Source: Epiperipatus broadwayi (Eukaryota; Animalia; Onychophora). From it: 64,000 nt of DNA. Location of the stretch: contig JAQFVV010000007.1 in NCBI GenBank assembly GCA_028023455.1, positions 17,484,001 to 17,548,000 of the forward strand, in the 5' to 3' direction. The position numbers and the translations under genes are program-made. Under the pieces are notes generated by a model, which had not been told where the DNA came from, did no database searches, and was given only the letters and a program-made list of their open reading frames with translations. The stretch's first letter is position 1. Every line of letters begins with the position of its first letter. Below are positions 49,696 through 61,280 of this stretch, piece after piece.

Positions 49696-50057
49696 ACAGA
49701 ACCAGCACTCATCAGTTGGCAGATCATAATCTCTCACACATATATACAATCATGTTCAGCTTATATTAAGATAGCAATTTCTCAAACTTTAATGGACAGG
49801 CTTCAATATTTTCATCCTTTCAACTATTCAACTATCCATTTCATTGAAAAACTGATAATGGAACACTGAAAACCCTTATTGGATTTGATGTTGCAGTTAT
49901 ATCCATGTAAACATTACGTCAATCTAACCCCTCATATTATCAAAACATTATGTATCCATATATATTAATAGGGAAAGGATGGATTGAACTTATATTAAGA
50001 TGTAATCTATTTCCCAAACAATATGTACTTTTAAAGCAGTATGTAATTTGTTTATAC

Positions 50058-50095
50058 TAGGGGTGGGGAACCTTTTTACCATGCAAGGCCACATT
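50058..50095. mobile_element. Probable hAT terminal sequence
   Basis: TAGGGTGGGGAACCTTTTT..AAGGCCAC resembles Charlie/SPIN-type ends and lies downstream of the minus-strand transposase C-terminus. Confidence 0.45.
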
Positions 50096-50151
50096 TAACT
50101 TCAGCAATAGTAAAAAAATGCACAGAATTTCTGAATTTGTTTTCAACTAAT

Positions 50152-50335
50152 CATCATCATCAACCATTATCAATCCATTGCAGGATAAAGGTCTCTCCAA
50201 GTTCAATCCATCTTATCCGATCTTAGCTTCTCTTCTCCACATCACCCTGCACACTTTTTATTTCATCCATTCATCTCACATGTGGTTTCTTTCTGAGTCT
50301 TTTACAATCTCTTGAAATCAAGTTTAATATTTCAC
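50152..50335 (-). mobile_element. RTE LINE 3' end, same family as 1-510
   Basis: Shares CAAGAGATTGTAAAAGAC and (CTGCA)..GA(A)TTGATAATGGTTG..TGATGATGA tail with 335-510. Confidence 0.75.
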
Positions 50336-50519
50336 TAATACTCATAGTAAACTAAAATAAATAGAAAGTAGTAGATTAATAAAGGATAACTATTCAAACC
50401 TCTATTTAAATGATTTATTATATTTTTATGGATTTATTGTATAATAAACAAAAGTACAAAAAAAGTAATATTTTGTGTGGATTGCACTTACATACATGAA
50501 AAATTTAGGTAATTGATAA

Positions 50520-51045
50520 CAGGTGTTAATGAGACATTTGCATTTGTTTCTTGCTTGCAAGTAATTGAATATTTGCTTCTAGCTTTGTAATACATAACAT
50601 AAGTTGATTTTCTAAATGAGTATCAGTTATCTGTAACCTTAAAGGGTTTTTAATTTGTGTCATATATGGAAATGTTGATTTGCAACAGAAGATACTTCCA
50701 AAACAGAAAAGCAAATGGAATGCATGTTGACGTAAGCATTTTTTTTTTTTCATATTTCAATAGGATCTTTTTTGCTATCAAAAAGGAATTTCATAATATT
50801 ATCTTCTTCCAACTCAATTAATTCCATTTCTAGTTCTGTAGGCACTTTTGAAATATCAATCAGGTGTGGATCAAAAGCTAATTTCATTGCAAAAGTATGC
50901 TCTTCAAAATCTGAAAATCATTCCATGTATTCTTCAGTTAAGGAATCCAAGACAGCTATATAAGCATCAAATTTTCAGGTTTATATTTTTGCTTGTTTAA
51001 GATTTTTGATAATTATGTGAAATGTTCTTCTGATACATCCGAGAA
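50520..51045 (-). mobile_element. hAT (SPIN/GTF2IRD2-like) transposase C-terminal fragment including the dimerisation domain
   Basis: HFT*L, EEY.E*FSDF, LAFDP, FGSIFCCKSTFPYMTQIKNPLRLQITDTHLE. Confidence 0.8.
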
Positions 51046-52871
51046 GTACCAATCAGAGGAGGGCAGGAGGGGCAGCTGTCCTAGGCCTCACAACATTAGA
51101 GATATCAACTCAATATGTTAAACAAAAATATATGAGAAGGCAAAGTGATGTCATAGTTCATAGAATGGCTTTAATTTTACAGTTAAATTTCACAAAAAAA
51201 TATTTGAGAAAAACTTTTCCAAGCAGGTATACCAAGAGTTAAATTAAGCGAGTTTAGAGATGAGAAGCCAATTTGACAACCCTGAGATGAAAGTGACTGG
51301 AGTGCTCTGTGATCAGCAGAACTAATAATATCATCCCCCTGTCAGTTAGGTCTGTGCTAACAAGGTTTTATGATACTAGCAATGGTAGAGTGAATCTACC
51401 CTATCTAAGTGCTATCTGGATCTGATCTGCTTGCTGACTCATAACTAACTTCTCCCAAAGTCCTGTTTTTGGTCCTGTAAGTAAAAACTTTCATTTCTTC
51501 TCTCTCCCCATATTATTATTTTAAATTTTGAAGGGTCTCTAAAATATTAGTTGCCCTGAGCTTCACATTTTTTTTAAAAGGCCCTGCATCTGAGTGAAAT
51601 AAAGTTTTGAAAAATGTCAACTTTTTTTGAAATGCTAGAATTTTTTGCCACATATAAATATGTTGTGAATATTCAGATTAATCACCAAAGTATAAAAAAA
51701 ATAATGAAGTTTGTTGATCTTGTTTGGTTTTTCTTTTACTTGATAAATGGATAATGGGAGATCTTGAAAATAAAAGTTTAAATTGATAACCATGGCAACC
51801 TAAAGCTTTTTAAATAGTATTGTTTACTGCTAATTCTAGCTTCAACATATTAAATTCATTATAATCAAACTCAAGAAAAACATATTAGCAAATAAATAAA
51901 TTTTGGAAATACGTCAGTGTGATATAAAAGTTTACTTGAATAGGATCAGTATTATTTTTACATGTTTTATTTCTGTTACTGCAGTCACCATAGTAACATT
52001 ATTACACATAATTCAATGTTTTTAAGTTTCATGTATATTTGCTTATAAATTAATTGGGAAAATATTATTACTAAAAAAAAACATATGTAAATTATTTATA
52101 TTTATAAAAGGTATCAAGGTTGTAACATCAATTCTTTAATTTGGTTTAAAAATAATAGGAAAAATCATATCGAACTTAGATTTCATTTCAATGTATCCAT
52201 ATTTTTCCAAACTTACATCACATTTACAAAACAAAGTGGAAAAACACTGGAACATATCGTTTGCCATTGAGCTTTATTTGAGTAAATTCCAACAGTTGTT
52301 ATGACAGCATAACATCATAAAGAGCATACTATAAATAGTCAGAAAAGACTATAATTGGGCTCTCATCTTTTTTGTCATTGCCAAGAACAGATGTGTTTCT
52401 GTGTTCTTTTAAATAAAAATTCTTCAATAATTTTTTAAACTGTTAAACTATAAAAATATGGAAGAATAGAAACTTAAATTATCTGCTTATTCATTCGGAT
52501 GGAAGCTGGTAAAGGAGTTCCAGAGAGGACAACAACAAAAATGTGAAAAAGAAAATCTATTTAAAAAAAATGCAATGTATGAAATCAGCTATTTTTAAAA
52601 CAAAGAGATTCCAGGTTTAAAAATTGGAATATAACTACCACTGCATTGGATGGATACCATGTTACAAGCTAAGAAAATATTCAGGATCAATTGGATTAAT
52701 TTATATTATAAAAAGATTAGTTAAATTCCATCCACCTCTTTAAAAAGGAAAAAAAAGGGACTGTTATTAAAGTTCATGGGACTATTCTATCTGAACATTA
52801 TTGCCAATGAAAGAAAACATTGAAAGTTGAACTTATCTTTTCTCTGAAATAAACTCATCTCTCCATCTTAG

Positions 52872-52936
52872 GACTGCGGATAAAATAAACTGCGATGAAT
52901 CAATGGATAATGAAAATGGACAAACTTTCACTGAGG
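52872..52936 (+). CDS. Candidate 65-nt internal exon (xTADKINCDESMDNENGQTFTE)
   Basis: Acceptor CTCTCCATCTTAG|, donor GAGG|GTATGA, open frame, higher GC than flanks. No homology evidence. Confidence 0.35.
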
Positions 52937-54154
52937 GTATGATTTTTTATGCATATGTGTGAATATTTTTATATATTTTTCAAAAGAATAATTTACATTT
53001 TATTTTATATCATAGACAATGTACATTTAGATTTAATAGGGTTTACGAAATGAAGGGCTCCAAGAGATTCATTTAGAGATTATTTAAACTCTTGTGTTAA
53101 TGCGACCGATGTTTTTTTTTTTTTTTTTAATATTCAGCTTGAATTTTGTACGTTTTAAATTTTAACTTGAAATATCAGACAGAAAAAGAGTTTGAATATA
53201 GAGTTTTATTTTACGTTTGTTCAATTATTATGTTAATGAACAAATAGAGATCCATTTTTATTTAATTGCATATATTTGGTATCTGTTATCTAGAAAATTT
53301 TTCATTAAGATATTCAAAATCTCTTCTCCCATTCATTTTTTATATATATATATGTCATTAGTTTTGCAACACATTTTAGTTACCCACAGAATTTTTAGCA
53401 TTTTTTTATATTAATTTTATCAATCAGAAATATAAATTAATCTCCTATTGTACTTTGTTATTAATTTTACCAATTTTCTCTTATAATCCAATAAATTGAG
53501 TTGATTTAAATGCTATGACTCATTTCATTTCTTTTTTATGGGGATTGTGTAAGAGGATTTTTTTATTTTAAAATTCGGTTCAAGATTCAAACTCAACTTG
53601 GTAAGTGAACTAGAATATAAAATATGGTATGTCTTGCATATTACCATTTTTTAAAATTTTATTCACATATAAATTTTATATAAATTTTTGCATTCGAATA
53701 TTATACATTATGTTTTATTTTAGTTAATATTACCGATAAGTAATATCATTAGCTTAGAGTTGATTATTCCTTTGTTTGTCTAACCCCTCATAAAAATCTA
53801 AATAGATTGTATTTTATCATTGGTTTATAATAACTTGTCTTAAATACTTTTTTTTTAAACTTCTCTAAAATGAAGAGTACAAATTTCATTAACTGGTTTA
53901 ATTGAATATTATTTTTGAATTGGAATAAATGTCAGTTATATTCACATAGTTTAATTATTACCAAAACCAATTTCATATTTGATTATTTGAAGATTCAATA
54001 AATAATATTAATAGTTATAGGTTAATAAACATCCAATGGAAATTTAATATATCTTTTATATAATGTGATTGTGCATTGTAGAGTTAGGAATTAGCTAATA
54101 GATTGTTGATAATAAATTTTCGTGGAGTATTCTATTTTAAAATATAAACGAAGC

Positions 54155-54510
54155 AATAATTAAGTATCGCTTTATTGGAAGATATGAATAAATTATTTAT
54201 ACATTATGTTATAGCGTCTTATTAAACTAGACGTAGATTAATTTGTTTAAACATTTAAAGGAGTGCATAAGTTTTCAAAGTATTTTCCAAAATGATACAA
54301 AAACTAGTTGATTTCAATAGAATATTGTTAATTAAATATTAAAGTAAAAATAATTATGTATCGCTTTATTGAAAGATACGGATGAAATATTTATACTTTC
54401 TGTTTAGTGTTTTATTAAACTAGATATATATTTCAGTCAAGGATTATTTTGTTTCAACATTTAAATAGCGTATATATTTAAAAATGTTTTGTAAAATGCA
54501 ATTCTAGTTA
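54155..54510. repeat. Degenerate tandem duplication, period ~194 bp
   Basis: AATAATTA(A/T)GTATCGCTTTATTG.AAGATA..TTATTAAACTAGA..AACATTTAAA at 54155 and 54349. Confidence 0.75.
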
Positions 54511-54605
54511 TTTAGAAGCTCATCTGTTTAGATAAAACACAGTATCATTAAACATTAAATAGGTTTAAACAAGCATCTATTTTTATAGCGCGATGTTTAT
54601 AATTG

Positions 54606-54743
54606 TAATTCACTAAATATCAGCCTTTTACAGCTACTGTACATGCGCTTTAATGAGTGTTAAATAATAAATGAATACTTTTCAGTGCCCATACAAGATA
54701 TAGTATGTACAGTAGCTGTAAAAGGCTGATATTTAGTGAATTA
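54606..54743. repeat. Perfect 39-bp inverted repeat with 60-bp spacer (MITE-like)
   Basis: TAATTCACTAAATATCAGCCTTTTACAGCTACTGTACAT at 54606-54644 has an exact reverse complement at 54705-54743. Confidence 0.9.
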
Positions 54744-55194
54744 AATAGGTTTGAATTATTACAATAACAATAGATTACTAAAGTATATTGGAATCTGCTT
54801 TAGTTATTGGTTTGATTTGATTTTCATTAAATTGCTAATCAACTAGCTTAATCATATATTATTGTTTAGGGCAATGATATACGATTTCACTGCTCATTGC
54901 AGTTTACTTTGTAATTGTGATAGATTTGTTGATGTCTGGAGCAGATAATCTCATTAATTTTTTTCATTTTACAAATAGCTTGAACAAATTAGGCTTTAGT
55001 AGAGATTATTAGTGCTTTATGATGGTTTATTACATAATGGTGACCCTGTTGAGCTAGATTAGATTAGATTAAATTAGATTTTTTTGATTTTTGATCAGAT
55101 CAGATTGATCATCTTCCCATCATCAGCATTGACAGATTTAGGCAGTTATAATATACATATATATATATAAACAAAAAAAGACTTATAAATCCAA

Positions 55195-56325
55195 TAAATA
55201 ATATTTATATATCAACCAGAGGACTGGTTTTCATCAGAAAGAAAAAATACACAGTAAAATGGCGATAATCAAAAATTACAGATTTGGTAAAAGATTAAAT
55301 TTTTTTTAACAAAATCCCCCTGATTGGTCACAAAATCTAACACAGAATATCTACCCAATCAATGACAAAATTCAAACAAAAAAAGAAAAAAGAAAGAAAA
55401 AAAAAGAAAAAAACTACATTCCCTCCTAATCAAGCTTAAATTCTATTTAAATTAAAATAAATATAAAAATAAAAAATCCAAAATTAAAAATTAAAATATA
55501 CATATGTGCATACATAGAAAAATTAGACTATGCTCACATACAAAAAATAGCTGTGCTCACATTAATATTCATTAAAAACTAAATACATTTTAATGAAAAA
55601 TTATAGTTAGTGCAAAGTTACAATAATTTATAATAACTAATTATTTATCTATATACCAATTAAACACAGATATATATTTTTTTTTTTTGATAATTGACAT
55701 CCATATAACCAATCTTTACATAAAAAAACCTCATATAAGAAAATTTTCACATACAAATTCACATATAGAAATCATTTAAGAGACCAGGTAACCCAGAGAT
55801 GTAATAGTTCCAGTGTTTAAATTCAATCCATGTGGTTCTAAGGTCTTGAATTTAAAAATAAAAAAACTCTCCTTTTGTTTCCTCTCCCTTGTAGAAGAAA
55901 AACCTTCCTGGAGAATCATTACTTTTACATCATCAATTGAATGATTCGGTAAGTTAAAATGTTTTGAAACCGGTCTATCTTTATTCTTATGCAAAATGTC
56001 AAATCTATGATTAGTCATTCTGACATGTAAACTATTTGCTGACTCACCTATATACTGGTTTAAACATTTACTACACTCTATCAAATATATCAAATGAACA
56101 CTTTTACATGTAACATAATTAGGAATATACCATTTAAAGTTACGATTCTTAGTACTAAAGACCACTTTTGTCACAACAATATGTTTACATGTAAAACATC
56201 TTTTATCCTCACATGGAGAATACCCTTTTACCTGTACAGAACTACTAATAAAATTTGTTTTGACAAGTATATCTCTAAGTGATCTATGTTTTCAATATAC
56301 AACCTTAGGTGGATCAGAAAAAATA
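55195..56325 (-). mobile_element. Penelope-like element 4 (Neptune-like), 5'-truncated: Cys linker, GIY-YIG and 3' UTR
   Basis: PPKVVY*KHRSLRDILV, SPCEDKRCFTC, TCKSVHLIYLIECSKCLNQYIGES, PVSKHF, TLEPHGLN. Terminal CTGATGA-A-AACCAG-TCCT-CTGGTT-GATA at 55237-55210. Confidence 0.88.
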
Positions 56326-56348
56326 GATTTTAAATAATCTGTGGACTG

Positions 56349-56350
<2 letters not shown>

Positions 56351-56424
<74 letters not shown>

Positions 56425-56441
56425 TATATATATGTATATAT
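56351..56441. repeat. Imperfect (AT)n microsatellite at the PLE4 5' truncation
   Basis: AT run with few interruptions. Confidence 0.9.
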
Positions 56442-57922
56442 TGTGGCAGGTCCATTCAGTAGAAGATCCAGCGTACTCTGTTTGCTAGGTTTATCTGGGT
56501 TTAAACCTTATAATGATTTTATATAATAACTATTTCATGAACAGATCAGTCCTTTGAGCAGAGTGGAGAATCTTATTGATAGCAGAGCTGTCAACAATAC
56601 CCACTATCAGACCAAGCTATGCAGTGCATAACACGATTACATTTCCAGACCATGGCCCACCTTGACTGCTAGATTCAAACCCCCACTATCTAAGCACTTT
56701 ATTTGTTTCAGAGTAAACCCCAGGTGCCAGCTAGTTTTTAGAACTAATGTGTTTGGACAGTAGACCCATAATCCAGCACTCGGAATATCCCATGACTAGC
56801 TCAGTAAAGTAATACAATAACAAAATTGTTTTAATTAATGGTAAAAGAATTGACCGACAGATACTAAGTTTAAAACACAATTTATTATAAATCAAACACT
56901 AATTATTAAAGCTTTAAACTACTTTTAGATATTTTAATTAACATAAACATTTATGATGTTTATATATAACCACACACACACATTTTGAATACACATGAAA
57001 ATATAATCTAACAACATTAAATGACAAAAGTATTAAATAGTATGATAAATATTAAATATAAGGCATTCAAAGCAACATGCACATCAGTAGTTCTTTTATG
57101 CATGCTATAGAGTTCATTTATTACTGACTCTGGAGGCTTTATAGACAGCAATGACTACGTTGAATTTATAAAAGGAAATAAGAAAGTTATTAAATACCTA
57201 GGATTTTGGAGTGTGAAGATTTTGGTTGTTTGCTTTCTGTGTTTCCAGTGTGTTTCTGACTTGTTGTATTACCAGCCGGCTGGATTTATGCTCTGTGGAG
57301 GACTTCTGTTTATTGATGATCCTGGTTACTTCTTTTATTAAGGTTGAGGATGGTTATTTATTTCATGGCACTATTATTATGACAGTAGATATTCTGGTCA
57401 CTCTCACTTATTGAGCGGCTGTTACTTCATCTCAGGCAGAGTACTGGTATTTGGACAAGGTTTAAAGTTCATCATATGTTCCAATGATTGTTAACAAAGC
57501 ATGACTGATTGATGAATTGAACTCATAGATTGAACTGACCAGACTAATTGACTGATCAAAACTGACTTGCATGTGAAAATTTAGGTCTATTTATGTAACG
57601 TTCTGTTGTCATTTTTTGGAGTCTGTTTTCACAGCTGCCAGCAAAAATCCATTATTCATTGCTTTCGATTTCAATTGATAAGAGTTTAATTACATTGTTG
57701 TTTATAGATTCTTTCTCAATTAAATAGCATTGCAAACATGTTGTTTTCCATCAGTAGTTATTGCTGAATTTATTTATTTTAATATTTATTTTCATGTGTT
57801 TTTTTCAATATTATTTTAACACACACATATACAAGCATTTATCATATCTTTGTTTACTCTCACACATATATATTTCTAAAAGTATTCGTTTAAATTTATG
57901 ATTACCCTTTTTAAATTTGAAT

Positions 57923-58051
57923 GAGAGGGAGAGGGAGAGAGAAAGGGAGAGGGAGAGAGAGAGAGAGAGGGAGAGAGGGAGGGAGAGGGAGAGAGAGAGA
58001 GAGAGAGGGAGAGAGAGAGGGAGAGAGGGAGAGAGAGAGGGGGAGAGAGAG
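57923..58051. repeat. (GA)n/(GGGA) purine-rich microsatellite
   Basis: Purine-only tract of ~129 nt. Confidence 0.95.
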
Positions 58052-58294
58052 TGCTTTTAACTTTATAAACATTCTATACTTTTAAACTGTCGTCTTTAAC
58101 TTTTTTTTTTCTAATCAATCATTTATACCTTTTATGAACAATATTTTCTTTAAACTAACAACAATAGTAAAAAGAATTCTTTAGACTTTTGCTTTCTGCA
58201 TTTTGTTTAATTAATAAAAAAAAACTCTTTAGACTTTTGGCGATTTCCTTTGCCCTTTTAATATAAAATTTTTTAAACCTTTCTAAATTTATTT

Positions 58295-59530
58295 GACTTT
58301 TCAAACTGATTGATAATTTATTTTAACAATTTTTAATTTTTTAATAAAATTATTTACATATATTCGGTACAATATATATTTAGTTTTATCTTGCAGGAAA
58401 ATATTTAAATCATTTTGCTTTGCCATAATATCAGACAAAAATGCAGCATTTCTACAAAATTCTTTATCTGATAATTTGCATGGTTTTTCTTGTTTCTTGC
58501 AAAATGTTGTAATTTGTTTTTGTAGAGTTAAAACATTAATCAGAATTTGTCTTTGTGGTAACCAGCAAACTTTGCAATAATAGGATAATTTTAGCACTAT
58601 ATGTTTCTCATCTAATGTAAGCACGTTTTGGAATTCATGATGATGCACTGCATTCTCTCAAATAAAGTTAACAATTGCAATAACATTATCCATAGTATTA
58701 TGTAAAATAATTGATATAACACAAAGATTTTGCTGGTGCAATATACAGTGGAATGATATTAACTTTTCCAAATTTGAATTTTCAAAAAAATGAATCCTTC
58801 TTAGTTGCCTCACATGAACAGTACACCATCAGATGCATACATTGACCAGATTATTAAGATTTACCTTTGATTGATGACATATCTCTTTAAAGTTGTTAAT
58901 AATGTCAATTCTGTAAATTCTTCCAGTAAATGTACCCAATAAGAGTAGTTTCATAATAATAAAAATCTTTAGTTTTCATACGAATAAAATATATTACTTG
59001 AGCTGAGTCCATTTTATCACTGTTTTCATCTAAGGTTATTGAAAAATATACATTTTTATTTCCAATGTGCTAATTTGTGCTGTCTATTAGTTGTAGTTCT
59101 CCTAGAAAGAGCTAATTCTTTATATTTATCAACTTTTTCTGGATCTAAACAATCCACTGCTTCAGCAATACATTCTTTTATTATTTCTACATCACTTAAT
59201 TGTTTGCCTTTTTTTCCAAGTATATATGCTGATGTAACATCAACTGCAGTAATATTCTTTTTCGTAAAAGCACTAAATCCATTCTGTTGATGCAATTTGG
59301 CTTCTTTCAATTTTTGTAGTGCAGTTTGATGACCTTCCCCTTCTAATTTGGTGTAGTTGTGTTTTTATGAGTTAAATAATGTTGATTTACACTGGATTTT
59401 TAAAAAACTTTTTAACACTGTATTACACAAGAAACACATCATTTTATCTTTCACGGAAATAAAGAAATAATCTAGCTCCCACTGAACATTAAATGTTCTC
59501 TTTTTTTTTATTCAACTTTCTTTTTCTAGA
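58295..59530 (-). mobile_element. hAT (SPIN/GTF2IRD2-like) transposase N-terminal and catalytic fragments
   Basis: FNVQWELDYFF..CFLC..QHY (BED-like), KQLSDVEIIKECI..LALSRRT, LDENSDKMDSAQ, SDG, SFHCILHQQNLC, YYCKVCWL, AFLSDI..NDLN..LQ. Confidence 0.85.
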
Positions 59531-61072
59531 TATGGTGGGTGATCAACATATTATTAAATTTTTGTTAACTTAACCTCAATGTAAGCTGCAGTGCACATGT
59601 GATGGTATGTTCCACAGGGAAAGACTGGGATTGAGGTATAGCCAAAGTTGATACCATCAGTTAATGGCACTGCATATACTTAGTAATAAATTGATTTGCA
59701 GTGCAAATTTTAAATTGTGGGTAAGGCCACATGCCGAATATTTTTTTATTACTAAATAGATTTCTAAATTTTCACAGCTTCATGATTTTTTTTTCAGTTG
59801 TAGATCCAACTTAATTTTATTACTGAAACAATTGCTCTTCCAATAGCAAGATGTTTTATATTTCTTGAGTCTTCTGATTTCCTTCCCCTTCTAGTTTTCC
59901 TCTTCATTTCACAGTTATTTAAAACTTTTTAATATGCCATATAATTTTAGATATTCAGTTATTCTACTGCCATAATTTAAAAAATATTTTCATATTTTTG
60001 TCTTTTATTTGATCCTGGCTTAATTGAAAGTTTATTGACTGCTGTTTTTTTTTTGTACTTGTGGTACCAGATGTCTGTGTAGCATATCCGTTATCTTCTT
60101 ACTGATATTGTTAAAAGCTGAGCTAACTTCAGTTTGTTAATATTGATTGCAAAAATATCGATTGTTAGTATTCTCTTTTTCAATAGCCTTTACCTCTCTA
60201 ACTCTGCATTGGGTTTTGCAGCTCACTAACAAATTATTTCTTGAATTGAATATATTAAGAACATTACAGTCTTTAAAGATGTCTTTCTATTAGCCAAAAT
60301 GTAATTCCATTGTGTTGTTCATTCATTTGGATGTTTTCCACATTCACTTTTTCCTAGAAAATAAATTTGTGATTTAGTATTCATTTTTTCTACTAATTCT
60401 ACAACTCTATGGGTATTTTTGTGCTTATCTCCATAGCTAAACTTATTTATAAGAAATTGATCTTTTATTTTCCTATTTAGCATTAACATCTCCCATGGTC
60501 ATTTTAAAATATTTAGTCTGATGAAAAATATTCATAATAGAATAGCTTTATTACTTGAGAGTTTATATGAAATTCGAGCACCGGAACTAGAATCGATCTG
60601 AGGATCTTACATTCCAGAGTGTAGGCTATGACTCTGAATATGCAGTATTAAATTAAATCCCATGAAAAGTACTTCCAATAAAATGTATTTTATTGCATTT
60701 TCATTTCTGATGCCAAACTTGTGAACTCCAGAACAATAAACTATTTTGATTTTGTAAGGCCAAGGATTTTTAATAATATGAAAATTATTATAAGAGAGAC
60801 AAATTTTTTATATATTTTTTTAAAAATTTATTTCTATAAGTTATGATTTTCAGCTCTGTACTTATGGCATAGTCATTTTCTCTTGAGATATCAAAATTAG
60901 CAGTTTTGGACTTATTTGGTTTTCAAAAGGAGACAATTGTTATTTGCAAACGCTTGCTATTTTCAAAGAAAGTTGTGGAAGTACTATCTATTTATTCCAT
61001 AAAGATCTTTATCAAATACCATCTAGGGTTGCGATTTCATTATAATTTTGCTATTTTGTTTATATTTATATA

Positions 61073-61280
61073 ATGTTAATATCATCTATATTCTTTATTA
61101 CTTTTTTATTTTATTTTTTTTATTATTTCTATTGCCCCAGCAATTTTCTTCAGTAGTTCTGAAGAAGATTGCTGGGGCGATCGAAACTGTCAATAATGGA
61201 TTGTAAAAAAGCATTGTAATAAAAAATATAGATGATATTAATATTATATGGATTTGGCAATGCAATAAGAAAAATAAAGT
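61073..61280 (+). mobile_element. Family E PLE-terminus-like repeat with hammerhead-like motif and nested inverted repeats
   Basis: CTGAAGA-A-GATTGC-TGGG-GCGATC-GAAA-CTG-TC at 61159-61191. 61131-61153 is a near-perfect mirror of 61159-61181 (5-nt loop). Confidence 0.7.

Noticed and set aside
49527-49869. ORFs with (YI)n repeats
   Set aside because: Translation of the (TA)n microsatellite.
51050-51595. Possible hAT-type MITE at the hAT breakpoint (GGGCAGCTGTCCTAGGCC...GGCCCTG)
   Set aside because: Ends only loosely resemble TIRs and no target duplication was seen.
56442-57700. Possible solo LTR in minus orientation (starts TGTGG; reverse AATAAA and TATA-like motifs)
   Set aside because: No second terminus, target duplication or partner copy could be identified.
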